64,000 bases of DNA from Azolla caroliniana (GCA_043228905.1 JBHGNT010000010.1:2976001-3040000), one strand, 5' to 3'; shown: positions 11,553 through 24,666, counted from the first letter of the stretch. The notes: generated from the sequence alone by a model not told the origin. Translations and numbers: made by a program.

Positions 11553-13320
11553 GCAGCTCTACTTCCTCTATGATCTTGGATGGCCTTGTGATCTAAGAAA
11601 AGATCTTACATAAATGCTGAAGAGGTAGTTCATGGGACACCAAAGTTGTAGTTTGGTTGGAACCATACAATAATGTCTAGTGTAACTTTCTTACAGCTGT
11701 GGCAATGAGTGTGCATGGTCACCTACCTATCTTGTGAAGAATAATCTATATATCCTATTGATGATCTACATGCGTAAGTCACCAATCTTGTCAAAGATCA
11801 TCTATTCATGTAATTAATCACCAATCTTGTCAAAGATAATCTATTCATGGAGTTAATCAAAGAATGATCCATATATGGAAGGCAATGAAGTCCATTGTAA
11901 GTCACATGAAAGAATGGTTTTATATGTAATTGATGACGAGTTCCAAGATTAGCAGTTATTTTTATGGCTGCTTGGATCAAGTGTTGAGAGTGCAGTGTTT
12001 TGGTTGATGTTTATGAGGGAACAGTTAAATATTTTTATGTAGCATACTTTGTAAAAGAAATCATTTTGACATGATAAAACTTGGGTGGAATAAAACTTGA
12101 TAAAACTTGCATTTCCATTTTGTTATCAAGGTTTACATACATGCATTTGTCATGTTTTCAGTAGTATTTGCATTTCCATTTTGTTATATTTGTAATACTG
12201 ATCATACATTTCATGAAGAGAACAATGATGAGACAGTGTATTTGTGGAAACATCAATTTATAGAAAGGAAGTGGGGTGAGTATTCCTATAAACCAACACA
12301 AGGTTTGCATATACTTTCACGCAGAGAACAAGAGTGAGACAATGCATCATGTAGTGGAAACATCAATCTATGAAAAGGAAGTTGAAAGAGTTACAATCCT
12401 TGCGTATAAGAGGGTCCATTTTATTATTAGATATATTATCTACAAAAAAAATTACAACACAATCCTCAGGCAGGTATTCATTTCTTCATTTCTACACTAG
12501 CATAAGAACAAGAGGGTTCAATTGATTATTAGGAATATTATTATAAACAATTTTTTTAAAACTATTTCCGTGAGTAGTTATCTTCATATCTTAAGGCATA
12601 CATAACCTCAGTACTCTATAAAACTTTAGAAGCCATCCATACAACCATATCATATGGCTATACATACAGAGCCATAAGAGTTACGATAAGAGGTTCAATT
12701 TATTATTAGATATATCATTCACAACAAAAACAAATTCAATCATTTATGTGAGTAGTTATCTCCATATCTTTAGGTGTAAGCACAGTACTCTATAAAACTT
12801 TACAAACCATGCATACAACCATAAGCACTGTTCGTCAATGAAATCTTATATATATATATATATATGACTAAACATGAGGTTGCCAAAGTGAATAGGAAAA
12901 GCTATAAATATCATGACAATGACATATTGATAAATGGAATGCGATGGTGAATGATTATTAGGTTGAAATAACTATAATCCTTGACCGAGTTTTACAGGTC
13001 TACATGGGTATTATTTTTCATGCTAGGCCCAAAACACAATGTGAAAACATTTGAATGCAGACCAAGAAAACATTTCTTTTCTGGTGTGTGTAATATATTT
13101 GTCAAAAGCTGAATGCTTAGGTTACACCACCAACGTTATCCCACACAGAATCCACAGGAGGAAGAGTGTAGTCCTCAGGTTGCAACGCTATGGCAAATTC
13201 TGGCAATTCTGGTACTTTATCTTTCCTCCTATTCCAAATATCTTTACATAAGATTCCATAATAATAATAAACATTACAAATAGTGTATTTGTTGCATGTG
13301 CATGTGTGTATGCAGGAGAC

Positions 13321-15985
13321 AAATGAAATGTTATATTTAATGTCTTCAAAAGGACAAATTGGCCTATGAGACCAGATGTTACATCTATCTAAATCTTATC
13401 CAAGTATGAGCAAAAAGAACTTGGGCATAAACAATCTAGCATCCCTATGTAACAAGATTGTGATCAAACTACAATGATATAGGAACCATGGATACAAACT
13501 ATATAAATGAATATATATGTATATATATATACATGAGGGTAGAACATTCAATCGTCCTTAGTGAACAAGATGGGATATCGTGCATAATATCGGGAAATAA
13601 TACTATGTATCCCAGATGCAGGCAATGTCTTTGATGTCATAATCCATATATCCTCAGGCACATGGACCATGCCAAATGAACTGCCAGGTCAAGCAATATC
13701 CCTCTACCAGGTGTTGGTTGTGCTTGCACTGAGGTTTCTTTGGAATGAATTTCTAAAGAAGTCTTGAGGCCAAATGAACTGCTAGGTCGAGTAATATCCC
13801 TCTATCAGATGTTGGTTGTGCTTGCACTGAGGTTTCTTTGGAATGAATTTCTAAAGAAGTCTCCATATCTGAGCTTTGTACAGGCACTGCTGACCAGCTA
13901 CTGTTCAGGAGAGACTCTACATCTACGGATTATCAGTAAAACTCCCCAAACATCCATGATCTTAGAAGTCAATGACTTTGGAGAATGGTCTAAATCCTCC
14001 ATAAAGAGGCAGTGGAAAAGTCCTCGGATATCACTGTGCAGTAACATACGCAGTGCTCCTAGGAGTGGGGGTTATTTTAGTGTAGGACATTTTTTCCTCA
14101 GAAGATAAGGCCTTGGACATACCTATCTGTATCTCCAACTGATGTGATCAGGTGTGAATCTGTTCAATGGTGCTTCTCAATCCATGAGACAGATGGATAT
14201 CAAATATCTACAGTATAGTATATATCTATCCTCAATGACATGAAGGTATGTTGTAACCACTTTTGAATATTGTGGTCGAGACCCCACTTGATTTGTAAAC
14301 CTTCATTGATTTGTGGCATGAGTAATAGAGATAACGAAAGTTGTGATTTGTCTACAGGGTTGTATTGTTGTCCAACTTCACTGTGTCTCTTGATTTCCAG
14401 CAAGTAACCACTTTTGAATATTGTGGTCGAGACCCCACTTGATTTGTAAACCTTCATTGATTTGGGGCATGAGTAATAGAGATAATGAAAGTTGTGATTT
14501 GTCTACGGGGTTGTATTGTTGTCCAACTTCACTGTGTCTCTTGATTTCCAGCAAGAACAGTCTAAGAGTGTTGTTGGTCTTTGTATTGCAATAACTTGCA
14601 TAGGAATTGGTATCTTTGAATATGAAACATAATACAAGAGGACTTGAGCTGTTCTATACACTATTAAGCACATGATATGTGTAGCCATATAAGAGGGCCT
14701 TGTGGTATATCATCATGCAATGTATGCAAAAAGAGTGCCTTATAGTGATCCATGTTCCGAACGAAAGGTGGTGTTGGGCTCATCCACTTCTATCTACTTT
14801 ACTGAAATGAGCTTGGACCACTCAAGTTTTTTCCACTTATGTCAGAGTGTGGATAATCCAAACTATATTGGAATGAAGCAGTGCATTTATATGTATAAGA
14901 TGTGATAGGAAGCATTTCTCTATTTCAGCAAACGAACGATGATTATCTCCATGTTTTGCTAATTGTTTGGATGACAAAAATGCCAACCTTCTGTATATTT
15001 TTGCTTTGTGCGCCCAAAAATCCTTTGGATACCAGTCATTGATTGGAATAATGCCTCCGTTACTGTTGGGGCTGTTCCCAGCTCACCTGGATTATATCAT
15101 GTAGACAATCATCGAGGCTAAAGGTTGGTACAAATCTCTCCAATGTGGCCCTTGAAGGCTCGATCACTGTGTTTCTACCCTGTACGAGAAGGGTCAATGT
15201 TACAAGAATACCAAACAATTATGAGTTTGTTTGTGGTCCATGGAATCATATATATTACAGTCTCTCGAAGGCACCAATAGCTACATATCCATGAGAAACT
15301 GAAGCACAAGCAGACTCCTGTAGCTCTTTCCATCCTCCTAGTCAAGAGGGGAGAACCAAGGACTAGTGAATGTCACACCTATGCATGTAAATAGGATTTT
15401 TTGTATGTGCCATTTTATCTTCTCCTAAGAAGAAACTCAGTTTCAATTTTGTTGCCTATCCTTGAGTGGTAATTAAAATTTCTGAAAGTTTATTTACAAA
15501 TCTGTCAATACAAAATGACTTTAAATGCACCAAGTTGTCTGTGTAGTTTCTTAAGGCAGTCAGAGATCAACACAATGCCATCAGCATATAGTCATATTGA
15601 TTTAAGGTTTACAATCAGATCAACACAATGTCAAACATATAATGACCATAGAAAGTGGGTGATAATGGGCATTGCTTGTTTCACCTTTATCATGCCAGCC
15701 ACGAACTCCCATAACCCATAATGCGCAGGGACTTCTCCTGAAACTTATTCATATAGTGCACACATTCCCCATTGCATTAGGACACCACAGGCTTCTAGTC
15801 ACTGCATGAGCTGAGCACGTGGCAAAATGTCAAAGGCTTTCCAGAAGTCCATAAAGTAACAATAGAATCCTTTTATAGGCTATTCTTTCCTCAATAAGGC
15901 TTCAGTCTGTGATCCAAAATGACGAACTCCTTTTTGAAAACCTGCCTGTCTGGCTGAAGCCATCCCTTTCTCTATACCCATACAA
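13321..15985 (-). mobile_element. Highly degenerate LINE of the same superfamily as 3565-6130
   Basis: RT remnant YFMDFWKAFD at ~15830-15865 and LRLFLLEIKRHSE at 14530-14570. 3' stem-loop GGTCTCATAGGCCAATTTGTCCT..GAAGAC with a (CATTT) tail at 13321-13375. Tandem duplications at ~13670-13862 (~98 bp) and ~14255-14553 (~148 bp). Confidence 0.75.
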
Positions 15986-16764
15986 GAATGTTAGAGAAAT
16001 AGAGAGATGTGGGCATTCTAGCCTTTTATAGAATGTTCCCTTGGTAGAAATATGAATCTTAGATCTCTTGATCAAAGATTTTGGAATGGAAGTGAAATTT
16101 ACTTGATTCATATGTCGACATTCCTTTCCATGACTAACAGTGAAAAAAGAAGTATTAAGCTTATGATCTTAATATGTATGCTCCAGATGAAAAGTATCTG
16201 CATATTCAGACCTGAATTTCCTTTATATTGCTTTCACAACACAAACTTCCACATGTAGAGACAATACTGCTTGCATCATTGATAACTAGCTCACTTCTAT
16301 TGAACTATGCAACTGTGTCTTCTGTTTTGGCAGGATCTACCTAGCAAAATATCCTAAAATATGTACACAAGAATTGCAGTTCTAGATTCGTAGTTTCTTT
16401 CAAATCTCTTTTTTTGGGATGGATGCCTAGTTCTCTATTGATCAAATCTTTATCGGGATATTTGAACAGGCTCTTGGTATTGAATGATATGGGATTGCCA
16501 ATACCTTGTAAAATCTTATACCTACAGTTTATACTCTTCTACCTTATCAGTTGGGAGAGTATACCTTTATCTCTCAACAATTATGTGCGTCGTCAACAAG
16601 TCACTCACATAGTTGATAGTGAAATTAAGTGATGCATAATATGGCAACTTACTGGTCTTGATGGAAAATCTCAGTGAATGTGATTTTGTCAATAGCAACC
16701 ACATCCATGAGGACCATTTTTCTTGTGGAACTGCATTTTGAAAACTTACAATCAGGTGTGAAGC

Positions 16765-19700
16765 TTACTTAGTAGGATTTCTTTGGCCGTCGTGAATTTG
16801 TCCCATATTTGAAGCATCCTTTGGTATCCTTGCCGACAAGAATTTCATCGAACCTGTCAAGGGTGGAACCCTGAAGAGTAACCACAGTATCAGAGTATAT
16901 CAGACCATTTGCAGATGAATGCAAAGAAACTTTCCATTTTGTGATAGAATGCCATGTATAAGACTAGAGAAGGGAATGTATAATCATGACGTGATATTGT
17001 AAACCTATCAGGACTATATTAGATATGTTTGAAATCATTGGATGTTCTTGGATTGCAAGCAGTGCTTTGGTAACAAGATTTTTAATTTATATTTTGTACT
17101 TTCGCATTTTAAGCAACATTAGTTCAGAATTCACATGCAGAGAATAGAGTTGACCTTGTTGCTGGAGTGGTGGCACAGAAATCTGCACAAAATGTCTTGC
17201 TGTCTGTTAACAAACTATCTGCTAATTGTAGACACAATGCTGCCTTTGTCATGTGGTCTTCATCAGCCCTTTCATACAATATGAGTCCATGGAAATAGTA
17301 TGCAGTTGCCTGGAAAACATGTAAGAATAATCAAGATGTTGTAATTCAAACTTCTGAACTATTTCTCAAATCATCTTAGAATATTTTCGAAGCACAATGT
17401 AATATATGGTGATAATACTCATTAATGTGACTTGGAAGAAAGTTGGATTTTTAACCTACAAAAAGAAATAGGAGAAAAGTGTCTTCTAAGATAAACCAGT
17501 ACTCAGTACATTCTATAAGTGATTATCACTCACATGTGCATTTAAAGTAGGATCCATTGTAGAATTGATCTACGTGATGACATATGCTTGCATCGCCACC
17601 AAAAGTTTCACCTACAGGTGAAGGCATCCTTTAGTTGCAACTTGCTGGCCATTTACTTTCCAAGTAAAACAGTTTCGGAAAGCCATCATTCATTTGTTCA
17701 TTTCTGGAAGTTCATGATTTAAACTCTCCTGGAATCTTATCTTTCAGTTTCACATTGAAACAATATTCATAATATTGACCTTGATATTATTCAGTACTAA
17801 CCTAAAATTGAGACAGCCTTCAAACTCTCAGGGTCCTCTATCTAGGCATGATTCTAAATATAAAGCTGAATGTATAGTACTTCTCATATCTAGAACTGAT
17901 CTAAATAAAGACATATGCTGGTGTTGCCACCAAACGTTTCATCTACAGGTACATGCATTATTTAGTTGCAACTTGCTGGACATTTACTTTCCAGGCAAAA
18001 GAGCTCTCAGAAAGCCATCATTCATTTGTTAATTTCTACTACTTCATACTTTAAACTCTACTGGAATCTAATGTTTCTGTTCCAGACTGAAACAACATTC
18101 ACAATATTGACCTTGATATTGTTCAATTCTTGACCTAAAACTGAGCATTCATATGGCCCTCAAACTATCAAAGTCCTGTATATAGGCATGATTCTAAAAT
18201 ATAAAGCTGCAATTGTGTAGTAATCCTCATATCTAGAATTAATGTATATGATAAAATATGCTTGACTCAAACAAAATTTTCACCTACGAGTGAATGCATT
18301 TTTCACTTGCACCTTGCTGGCAATTTCCTTTCCAAGTAAGACAGTCTTCAATAAGACATCATTGATTTGTTCATTTCCAAAACTTTATACCCTAAACTCT
18401 ACTGGAATCTAACCTTTTAGTTATGCATCGAAATAACATTCATGATAATCGGATCTAAATCTGCACAGACACGGCACGGCCTTCATAATATTCAATTCTC
18501 AGCCTAAATCTTAACAGACACGGGCATCAAACTATAAGGGTTCTATTCATAGACACGATTCGAAAATATAAAGCTGAATATGTTGTACTTCTCCTCATAT
18601 CTAGATTCATTGACTTGGTCCAGAATTCATTCTTAGCATGCATATATGGTACAATAGTGATTAATGTAAGACCTTATAGTTCAAATACTGATTAAACTAC
18701 AGGCCTTATTGCTTACCTTCGCTTCAGCAAGTTTCCAATCAATAAACAGGTTGTGTTTTTTCCCCCATATCTGTCCATCGCATGTTTTTGGAATTTTATT
18801 TTTCACCTTTTTTCAATAACAAATAAAGTGATATGTAAGTATCCATATGATATCAAGAACTAAGAGAATCCCATTAAATTGATTGCAATATAGATCAAAT
18901 ACCTGCTCCCAGCATGTCAGTTGCTCACATGCTAGCCGTCTTTTCACAGCAAGAGTTGCCTTTGCATTGTCAATTGCAAAGCTGAGTTGAATCTCTATGC
19001 CCTGAAAGTATCATGAACTTTGTTCAGTTATGAGTCATAAACATTACAATCATTGCAAAGGCTGAGGATGAAATCATTACATACTTGAGCTAATGTTTGC
19101 ATAAACAGTGCATACAAAGTATCTTTCCGTAGATTTGGTGGTAACTTCTCCCTATAGATAATAACACCATTAAGAGCATTAAAACAATGTACGATTAACT
19201 TATGTTGGTTTGGAATTTTAAGCATTACACAGAAATATCTGATCCATACATATTACATACAAATCTTGCAGGTTAATATACACTACTAATCCTACATAGC
19301 TAGAGATTACAAATATAGCGCTTGGTTATTGGAAACTAAAGCTTACATGACATCTTCGGACATCTCTGTCATCACAGAATTTAAGGAACACTCGGGAATT
19401 TCAGATAGTAACTTATGCTGATTTGGAATGTTAAGCATTCCACAGAAACATCTGATCTATACATTTTACATACAAATCTTGCTTGTTACTATATTTTACC
19501 AATCCTGTAGTAGCTAGAGTCAATACAAATACAGTACTTGGTTAGTGGAACTAAAGCTTACATGAGATCTTCGGACATCTCAGTCATCACCGAATTTAAG
19601 GCACACTTGAGAATTCCAGATGCTTTAAGAAACGCATCCAACGAAGCCCGTTTGTTTTCTGTAATAATAACATTCCACTGCAACAATAATGAGTTTCTTA

Positions 19701-21445
19701 TGTTTTCGTAATAGGAATTTAGCAAATTCCTCACATATATTCTGCTTTCTTATGGCAAAATGCATACATGTCTGAAGCACAGAATAACTAAAATGTGATA
19801 TATGTATAATATGTCAGCTTGAAAAGAATAATCTGTTACATATGACATAAAAAAATCAAACTTAAATGATCTCTTCTTGTTTCCCAATAGATGCTCAATC
19901 TTTTTACAAATAAAATCTCTGATGGAACGAGGACATCGCAGAATGTAAACTGCATAAATCATAAAAGTATGTAATGCCGGTATATCAAAATTAAAAAGTT
20001 ACTGATCTAAAGCAGAAGTGTGAAGATTTTGATGTTAACATAAGCTGAGACACCTTTTTCTTTCATTCATGCAAAATCAAAATTAGAACTTCAATTTCTC
20101 TAACATACCATCACTAATTCTAGTTGGATATCCATCCATATGTGGTCGTGGTGTGAGTAAAAAATTTGCCTCAGATAATGCAAGCATTGCTAGCAAATGT
20201 AGCAGTGAGAGCAGCTCATACCGAGCATCAGCGATCGTAGTCTCCTAGATAAAAAAACCAATCACAAAGAGTTAAATATGATATCATGCAACATGAAACA
20301 TTGTTAGATTCAAACCAAATTCTTCAAAAGTTGAAAAAGGACAAGGTTTTTCAGGGAATAATGGAAAGCACCTGGTGATGGCTGCCTGAATCCATCCAAG
20401 AAAAAACCAATGCTGCTTCTTGTTTTTTATCTGTCATTCAGCCATAAGAGAAGATACAGCTTTGAACCTTGTTCATAAAAATTTCCCAGTCTTTATTTTA
20501 TGATGTGTGAGACCTCCAGATTCAGGTGAAAGTCGGTTTGGAAACAGATATTTACCTTGATCAATCAAGGCAAGTAAGAATGGTATATACTCTTCTATAG
20601 CCAGCTGAAGGTCAGTTGTCATTGTTGATGTTACATCTGCAGAAATGCAAAACAAAATTCAGACATAGATTGAAGACCATTCCTCGTCCCATGGTTTGTA
20701 TATGCCCAGTTGACATTAAAATGCATGTTATGGAGTGGCTAACATTCCGTTATAAAAGAGCATGTCAAAACAATGCCATCTTGAAGGTAGATCAATAAAC
20801 ATAAGCATAGGACAAACATCAAAATATTTTGAATATATACCAGAATACTCATTATTTGCTACTACACAGGTATTCTAGTAATTTTGGAAACAAATCATAA
20901 ATCAAATTGAAGTGTTGATTTAAGGACAAAACACCAAAAAGTACCCCTGGGCATGAATTTGATGGGTATTTACTGAATAAATTACCACACTACCCCTCTG
21001 AGATAGTGCATTTGTGAGGTATTGTGGTGATTTTCCCTAGAATAAATGGATAGATGGAATCTTTGTAATACCCATACATTTTCAAATCTTTGTAATAAAT
21101 TCGTGGAGGCTATTTTGGTGATTTTCCGTAGAATTGATTACCATTATGTGGAGGAGGGTGAAGCTGCAGTTTGTGGTGGTATTTGGCAGATGATGATGTG
21201 CTAGATTTCTTCTTGTGTAGACTGAGCTTTGCATCTTCTCCTTTTGCAATGACTTCAATGCGGGTTCGCAAAGCGATGAGATGATCAACCATTGGCTGTG
21301 ATAGAAAACTCGCACTGGTTAGATTAGCCTGCGCAATATTCTCTCTGCTTCTGCAAGGAACTCTCAACGTAGGCACAAATGCAAACACAGCATTTCCTAA
21401 TGATTTATCACCATCATCTTCTTGCGAGGAGTGCACACAACCCAT
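16765..21445 (-). CDS. Endosomal-targeting BRO1-like domain protein (At1g73390/At5g14020-BRAF/BROX-type)
   Basis: In-frame GT-AG exons: 21445-21142, 20636-20556, 20430-20372, 20244-20109, 19658-19562, 19151-19085, 19001-18903, 18806-18717, 17309-17155, 16870-16769. Motifs: MGC N-terminus, LIALRTRI, DLQLAIEEYIPFLL, YELLSLLHL, ENKRASLDAFLKASG, KATLAVKRRLACE, WGKKH.LFIDWK.AEAKA.AYYFHGLIL. The 3' end is uncertain: stop at 16765 if the donor at 16768 is unused, otherwise a further exon I could not locate. Confidence 0.9.
17561..18605. repeat. Three ~330-370 bp tandem repeats in BRO1 intron 8
   Basis: Units start AGAA(T/C)T..CATATGC..TTTCA(C/T)CTAC..TTGC(A)ACTTGCTGG at ~17561, ~17893 and ~18235, and end ..CTCATATCTAG. 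Confidence 0.85.
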
Positions 21446-22329
21446 AATATCTCTACTCTGGAAACAGAAAAAAAATAAGTCTCAAATCCCATTGGTTTTC
21501 TGTTACTGTTAGCTTTGTGGTGTGATAAGCTTAGCTATCTGAAATAACCATACTTTTCTTCCTTAAAAACAATTCATTTCCAAACTGAGAACTCCAATCC
21601 ATGATGACTACTAGCTAATTGATAAGCTTAATAATCCGGAATAACCATAGTCTTGTGACTCAAGAACAATTAATTCCGAGATTGGAAAGCAAGTTTATTC
21701 CTCTTGTGTGTGATGCAGTCACTATAGTTGACAATAATTATGCGTTTTACTCAATGCAATTCATTGACAAATAATTCAACAGAATATACATGTGTAGTGT
21801 TAGATACCTTGTGGAGATCAGTAGGCTGAAATTATGATATGTCTCCCCACTATTACCAATGTGTTCATCTAGACTGCGAATTAAAAATTCAGACATGAAA
21901 AATAATAATACTATATTCTTTGCAGAGAAGTAATTAATTTCGCTCAATGAGTACCTTATTAAAATCAGCAAGCTGAGATGACCAATTTCTTCCCACTATT
22001 ACCAAATTCAGCTGATCTACTCAGTTAAATAATAATGAGAAAATTTTTAACTTAGAATACATATAGATATTTAACTAGAATGTTTACAGGAAAATAATAT
22101 TTATTATTATTAATTATTGTTGATTTCTGAAAAGCAATAATTTATTGCTAGATGAATGCTAAACTAAAAAGATTATTTAAAAACTATAAATAAATAAAAG
22201 CATTAGCAGAGAAACAAATGATTCAATCACAAAAGGAATGCTAAACCATTTATCTGAAAGTAAAACTTATGAAAAATGGTCCAAATAAAGAGAGAATAGT
22301 TAAGGATTAATGTCAGGTAAACTAATTAA

Positions 22330-23425
22330 ATGAACCTGAGGATGAAACTTAGTTAGGTTGGGGTTGTTTTTCTACAATCAGATTTAGGATTATTTATCCA
22401 ATGAGCAGAAATTTCTGTATTAATGACCCAAAAAATAAATAAATAAACATGAGAATGAAAATATGTTGGCTTGGTCTTTTTTTCAACTATTTTAGGATTA
22501 TTGATCCTGGAAGGAAAAAAACAGAATTCAGTTAGGGTTGTAGATATTGATCCAATTAAAAAGAAAAACGTATGGATTAACGATCCCACAAAAATAATGG
22601 ATCAATGATTCATACATAAATAATAAAACAATAAACCTGACGATGAAACTGAGTTGGATAAGGGTTGTTTCTTTTTCGATTAGGTTTCGGATTATTGATC
22701 CAAAGAAGAACTCAAAAAATTATTCCAAAAAAAAAAAACCAAAAGATGAAGGAGTAATGATCCAAACATAAATTAAATTGATAGATAAACCTGAAGATGT
22801 AACTGAGTAAAGTTAGGGTTATTTTGTTTTTTAATTGGATTTGCCAAGAAAAAAAAATCTAAACGTTAATGATCCCACAAAAGAGGGAAAAGAAATGGTT
22901 ATTGATTAATTATCCATGAATAAATCAAATAAATATACCTGAGGATGAAACTGAGTCGGGTTAGGGGTGTGTTTCGTCAATTTATTTTGGGATTCTTGAT
23001 TCATGAAGGTTCATAATCCCAAAAAGGCAAAAACAATATAAGTATTAATGATTTCTAATAAATAAAATAAACTTGAGGATGAGCCTTATGTCTTTTTATT
23101 TTGTTTTCCTGGATCAACAATCCTAAGCCCAACTGGAGAAAACAATCATCACAGACCGAATAAAGAAAAAAAATTCAAAATTAAGGCTTAATTATCCATG
23201 CATGAGTAAGTAAATAAATAAATAAACCTGAAGATGAAACCTTGTTGATTTTCTTAATTGGATTTAGGGATATTAACCCCCCCTCCCCCCACCCCACATA
23301 AAACAAACATCCTACTAACGTTTCCCAACAACAAGAAAAAGAAAAAGAACCTAAGGATTAACGATCCAAAATTAAGTAAATCAGATTGAATGGGTAAAAA
23401 ACCTGAGGATGAACCTGGATTGGGA
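22330..23425 (-). repeat. ~150-bp degenerate tandem array in the putative 5' UTR intron, each unit carrying TTCATC(C/T)TCAG|GT
   Basis: Plus-strand ACCTGA(G/A/C)GATGAA at about 22334, 22635, 22789, 22937, 23071 (variant), 23226 and 23401. Confidence 0.75.
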
Positions 23426-23629
23426 TGAGTTTGAAAGATTTTTGCTTTTGCTTTTGCCTTTGCCTTTCTGCATTGGGACTTGCGAGAAGAAGAAAGAATG
23501 GAGATTTTTTTTTTATTTTTTTTTGGGGGGGGGTATGGGTTGGGGAGGTTAAAAGCTCTTTGTCTGCGTGTGCGTGCGCGTGTGTCTGTCTGTATCTGTG
23601 TCAGGAGGGATTTGGCCGTGTAAGCAAGA

Positions 23630-23637
23630 AGAGAGAG

Positions 23638-23673
<36 letters not shown>

Positions 23674-23850
23674 GTGATGGTGATGGTGGTGATGAGGAAG
23701 AAGTGTTAAAACAGGGGAAGTGGTCCTCTCTCTCTCTCTCTCTCTCTCTCTAGACACACACACACACATAGGCATACACGTGGCACTATACCATTGGTCC
23801 CCTCAACCTCTCCCTCTGCACGCGTGGCGCCACGCCAGTTCGCTCGTGGC
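23630..23850 (-). promoter_or_regulatory. Putative BRO1-gene promoter: (CT/GA)n tracts, ABRE/G-box and CE3-like element
   Basis: (GA)n at 23632-23668 and (CT)n at 23726-23750. ACACGTGGC at 23776-23784, CACGCGTGGC at 23819-23828, CCAAT on - near 23793. Lies upstream of the probable UTR exon (donor 23402; acceptor 21458). Confidence 0.45.
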
Positions 23851-23956
23851 AAGGCCGCGTAGCGCATAGCAGCCAAATGGCTTTTTACCACGCCATGCCA
23901 TGCACCAGGGGGTGGGTTCGAATCTCATTGCACCACATCTTTTACCAGCACATGCC

Positions 23957-24052
23957 TTTGTCTGTGTTTGTGTTTGTGTTTGTGTTTGTGTTTGTGTTTG
24001 TGTTTGTGTTTGTGCCTGTGTCAGTGTCTGTGTTTGTGCCTGTGTCTGTGTG
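23957..24052. repeat. (TGTGTT)n microsatellite
   Basis: Directly visible hexanucleotide repeat. Confidence 0.9.
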
Positions 24053-24194
24053 TGGCCATTGGGATCACCTTTACCAACTGAGCGAGAGCCACGATCATTT
24101 GGGCTCTTTCGTTTGTTAGCTATATGTATATTTTTTTTTTCTATTGCCCCATGTGAGCCTGGAGTCCGAGATTACCCCCCCTACAAACCTACTA

Positions 24195-24666
24195 CTATAT
24201 GTGGAGATGTATGACCCCATTTTGTAGTACATAATGTATTGTAGGCGGGAATGGCATTTCCGTATCCACGAAACAAACCTTTCCCAACATGTTCCGTGTG
24301 TGTGTCGCTGATTTATTCACTCTCACTCCAATGTGAGACGAGACATTAGGGCACATGCCATCGACTATGCGCAGTTTGCCCGCCACGAAGTTCGAGTGTG
24401 TGTTTAAGTACCACGCTCTGATTCAAGCGGCTTGCCTTTTTATCACATTTGACTTTGTTCTCCACGAGTCTTCGACCAAACCTAATCCTTGCATGAATTT
24501 GTCTCACACCCGCGCTCTCAATTGCACCATTCAGTAACAAAAGTTCTTGAACATTAAGACTCACTACTCACTTCAACATAGTTCTTGAACAATGTCAGGT
24601 TTTTGGTTTCATAGGTCATATTTCATCTTCTACGATGAAAATAATCTCTCTCTCTCTCTCTCTCTC
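24195..24666 (+). mobile_element. Degenerate LINE 3' fragment
   Basis: LQCETR..RLCAVCP..YHALIQ..KVLEH is homologous to the 63330-63705 LINE C-terminus. Ends GGTTTCATAGGTCATATTT.. plus (CT)n. Confidence 0.72.

Noticed and set aside
22330-23425. Regularly spaced motif resembling a CRISPR array
   Set aside because: The context is eukaryotic with no cas genes, the repeats are degenerate, and the intervening sequences resemble each other.
23254-24214. ORFs rich in RE/SL/VF/CV/H runs
   Set aside because: They are translations of (GA)n, (CA)n, (TGTGTT)n and (GAT/GGT)n microsatellites in UTR or promoter sequence.
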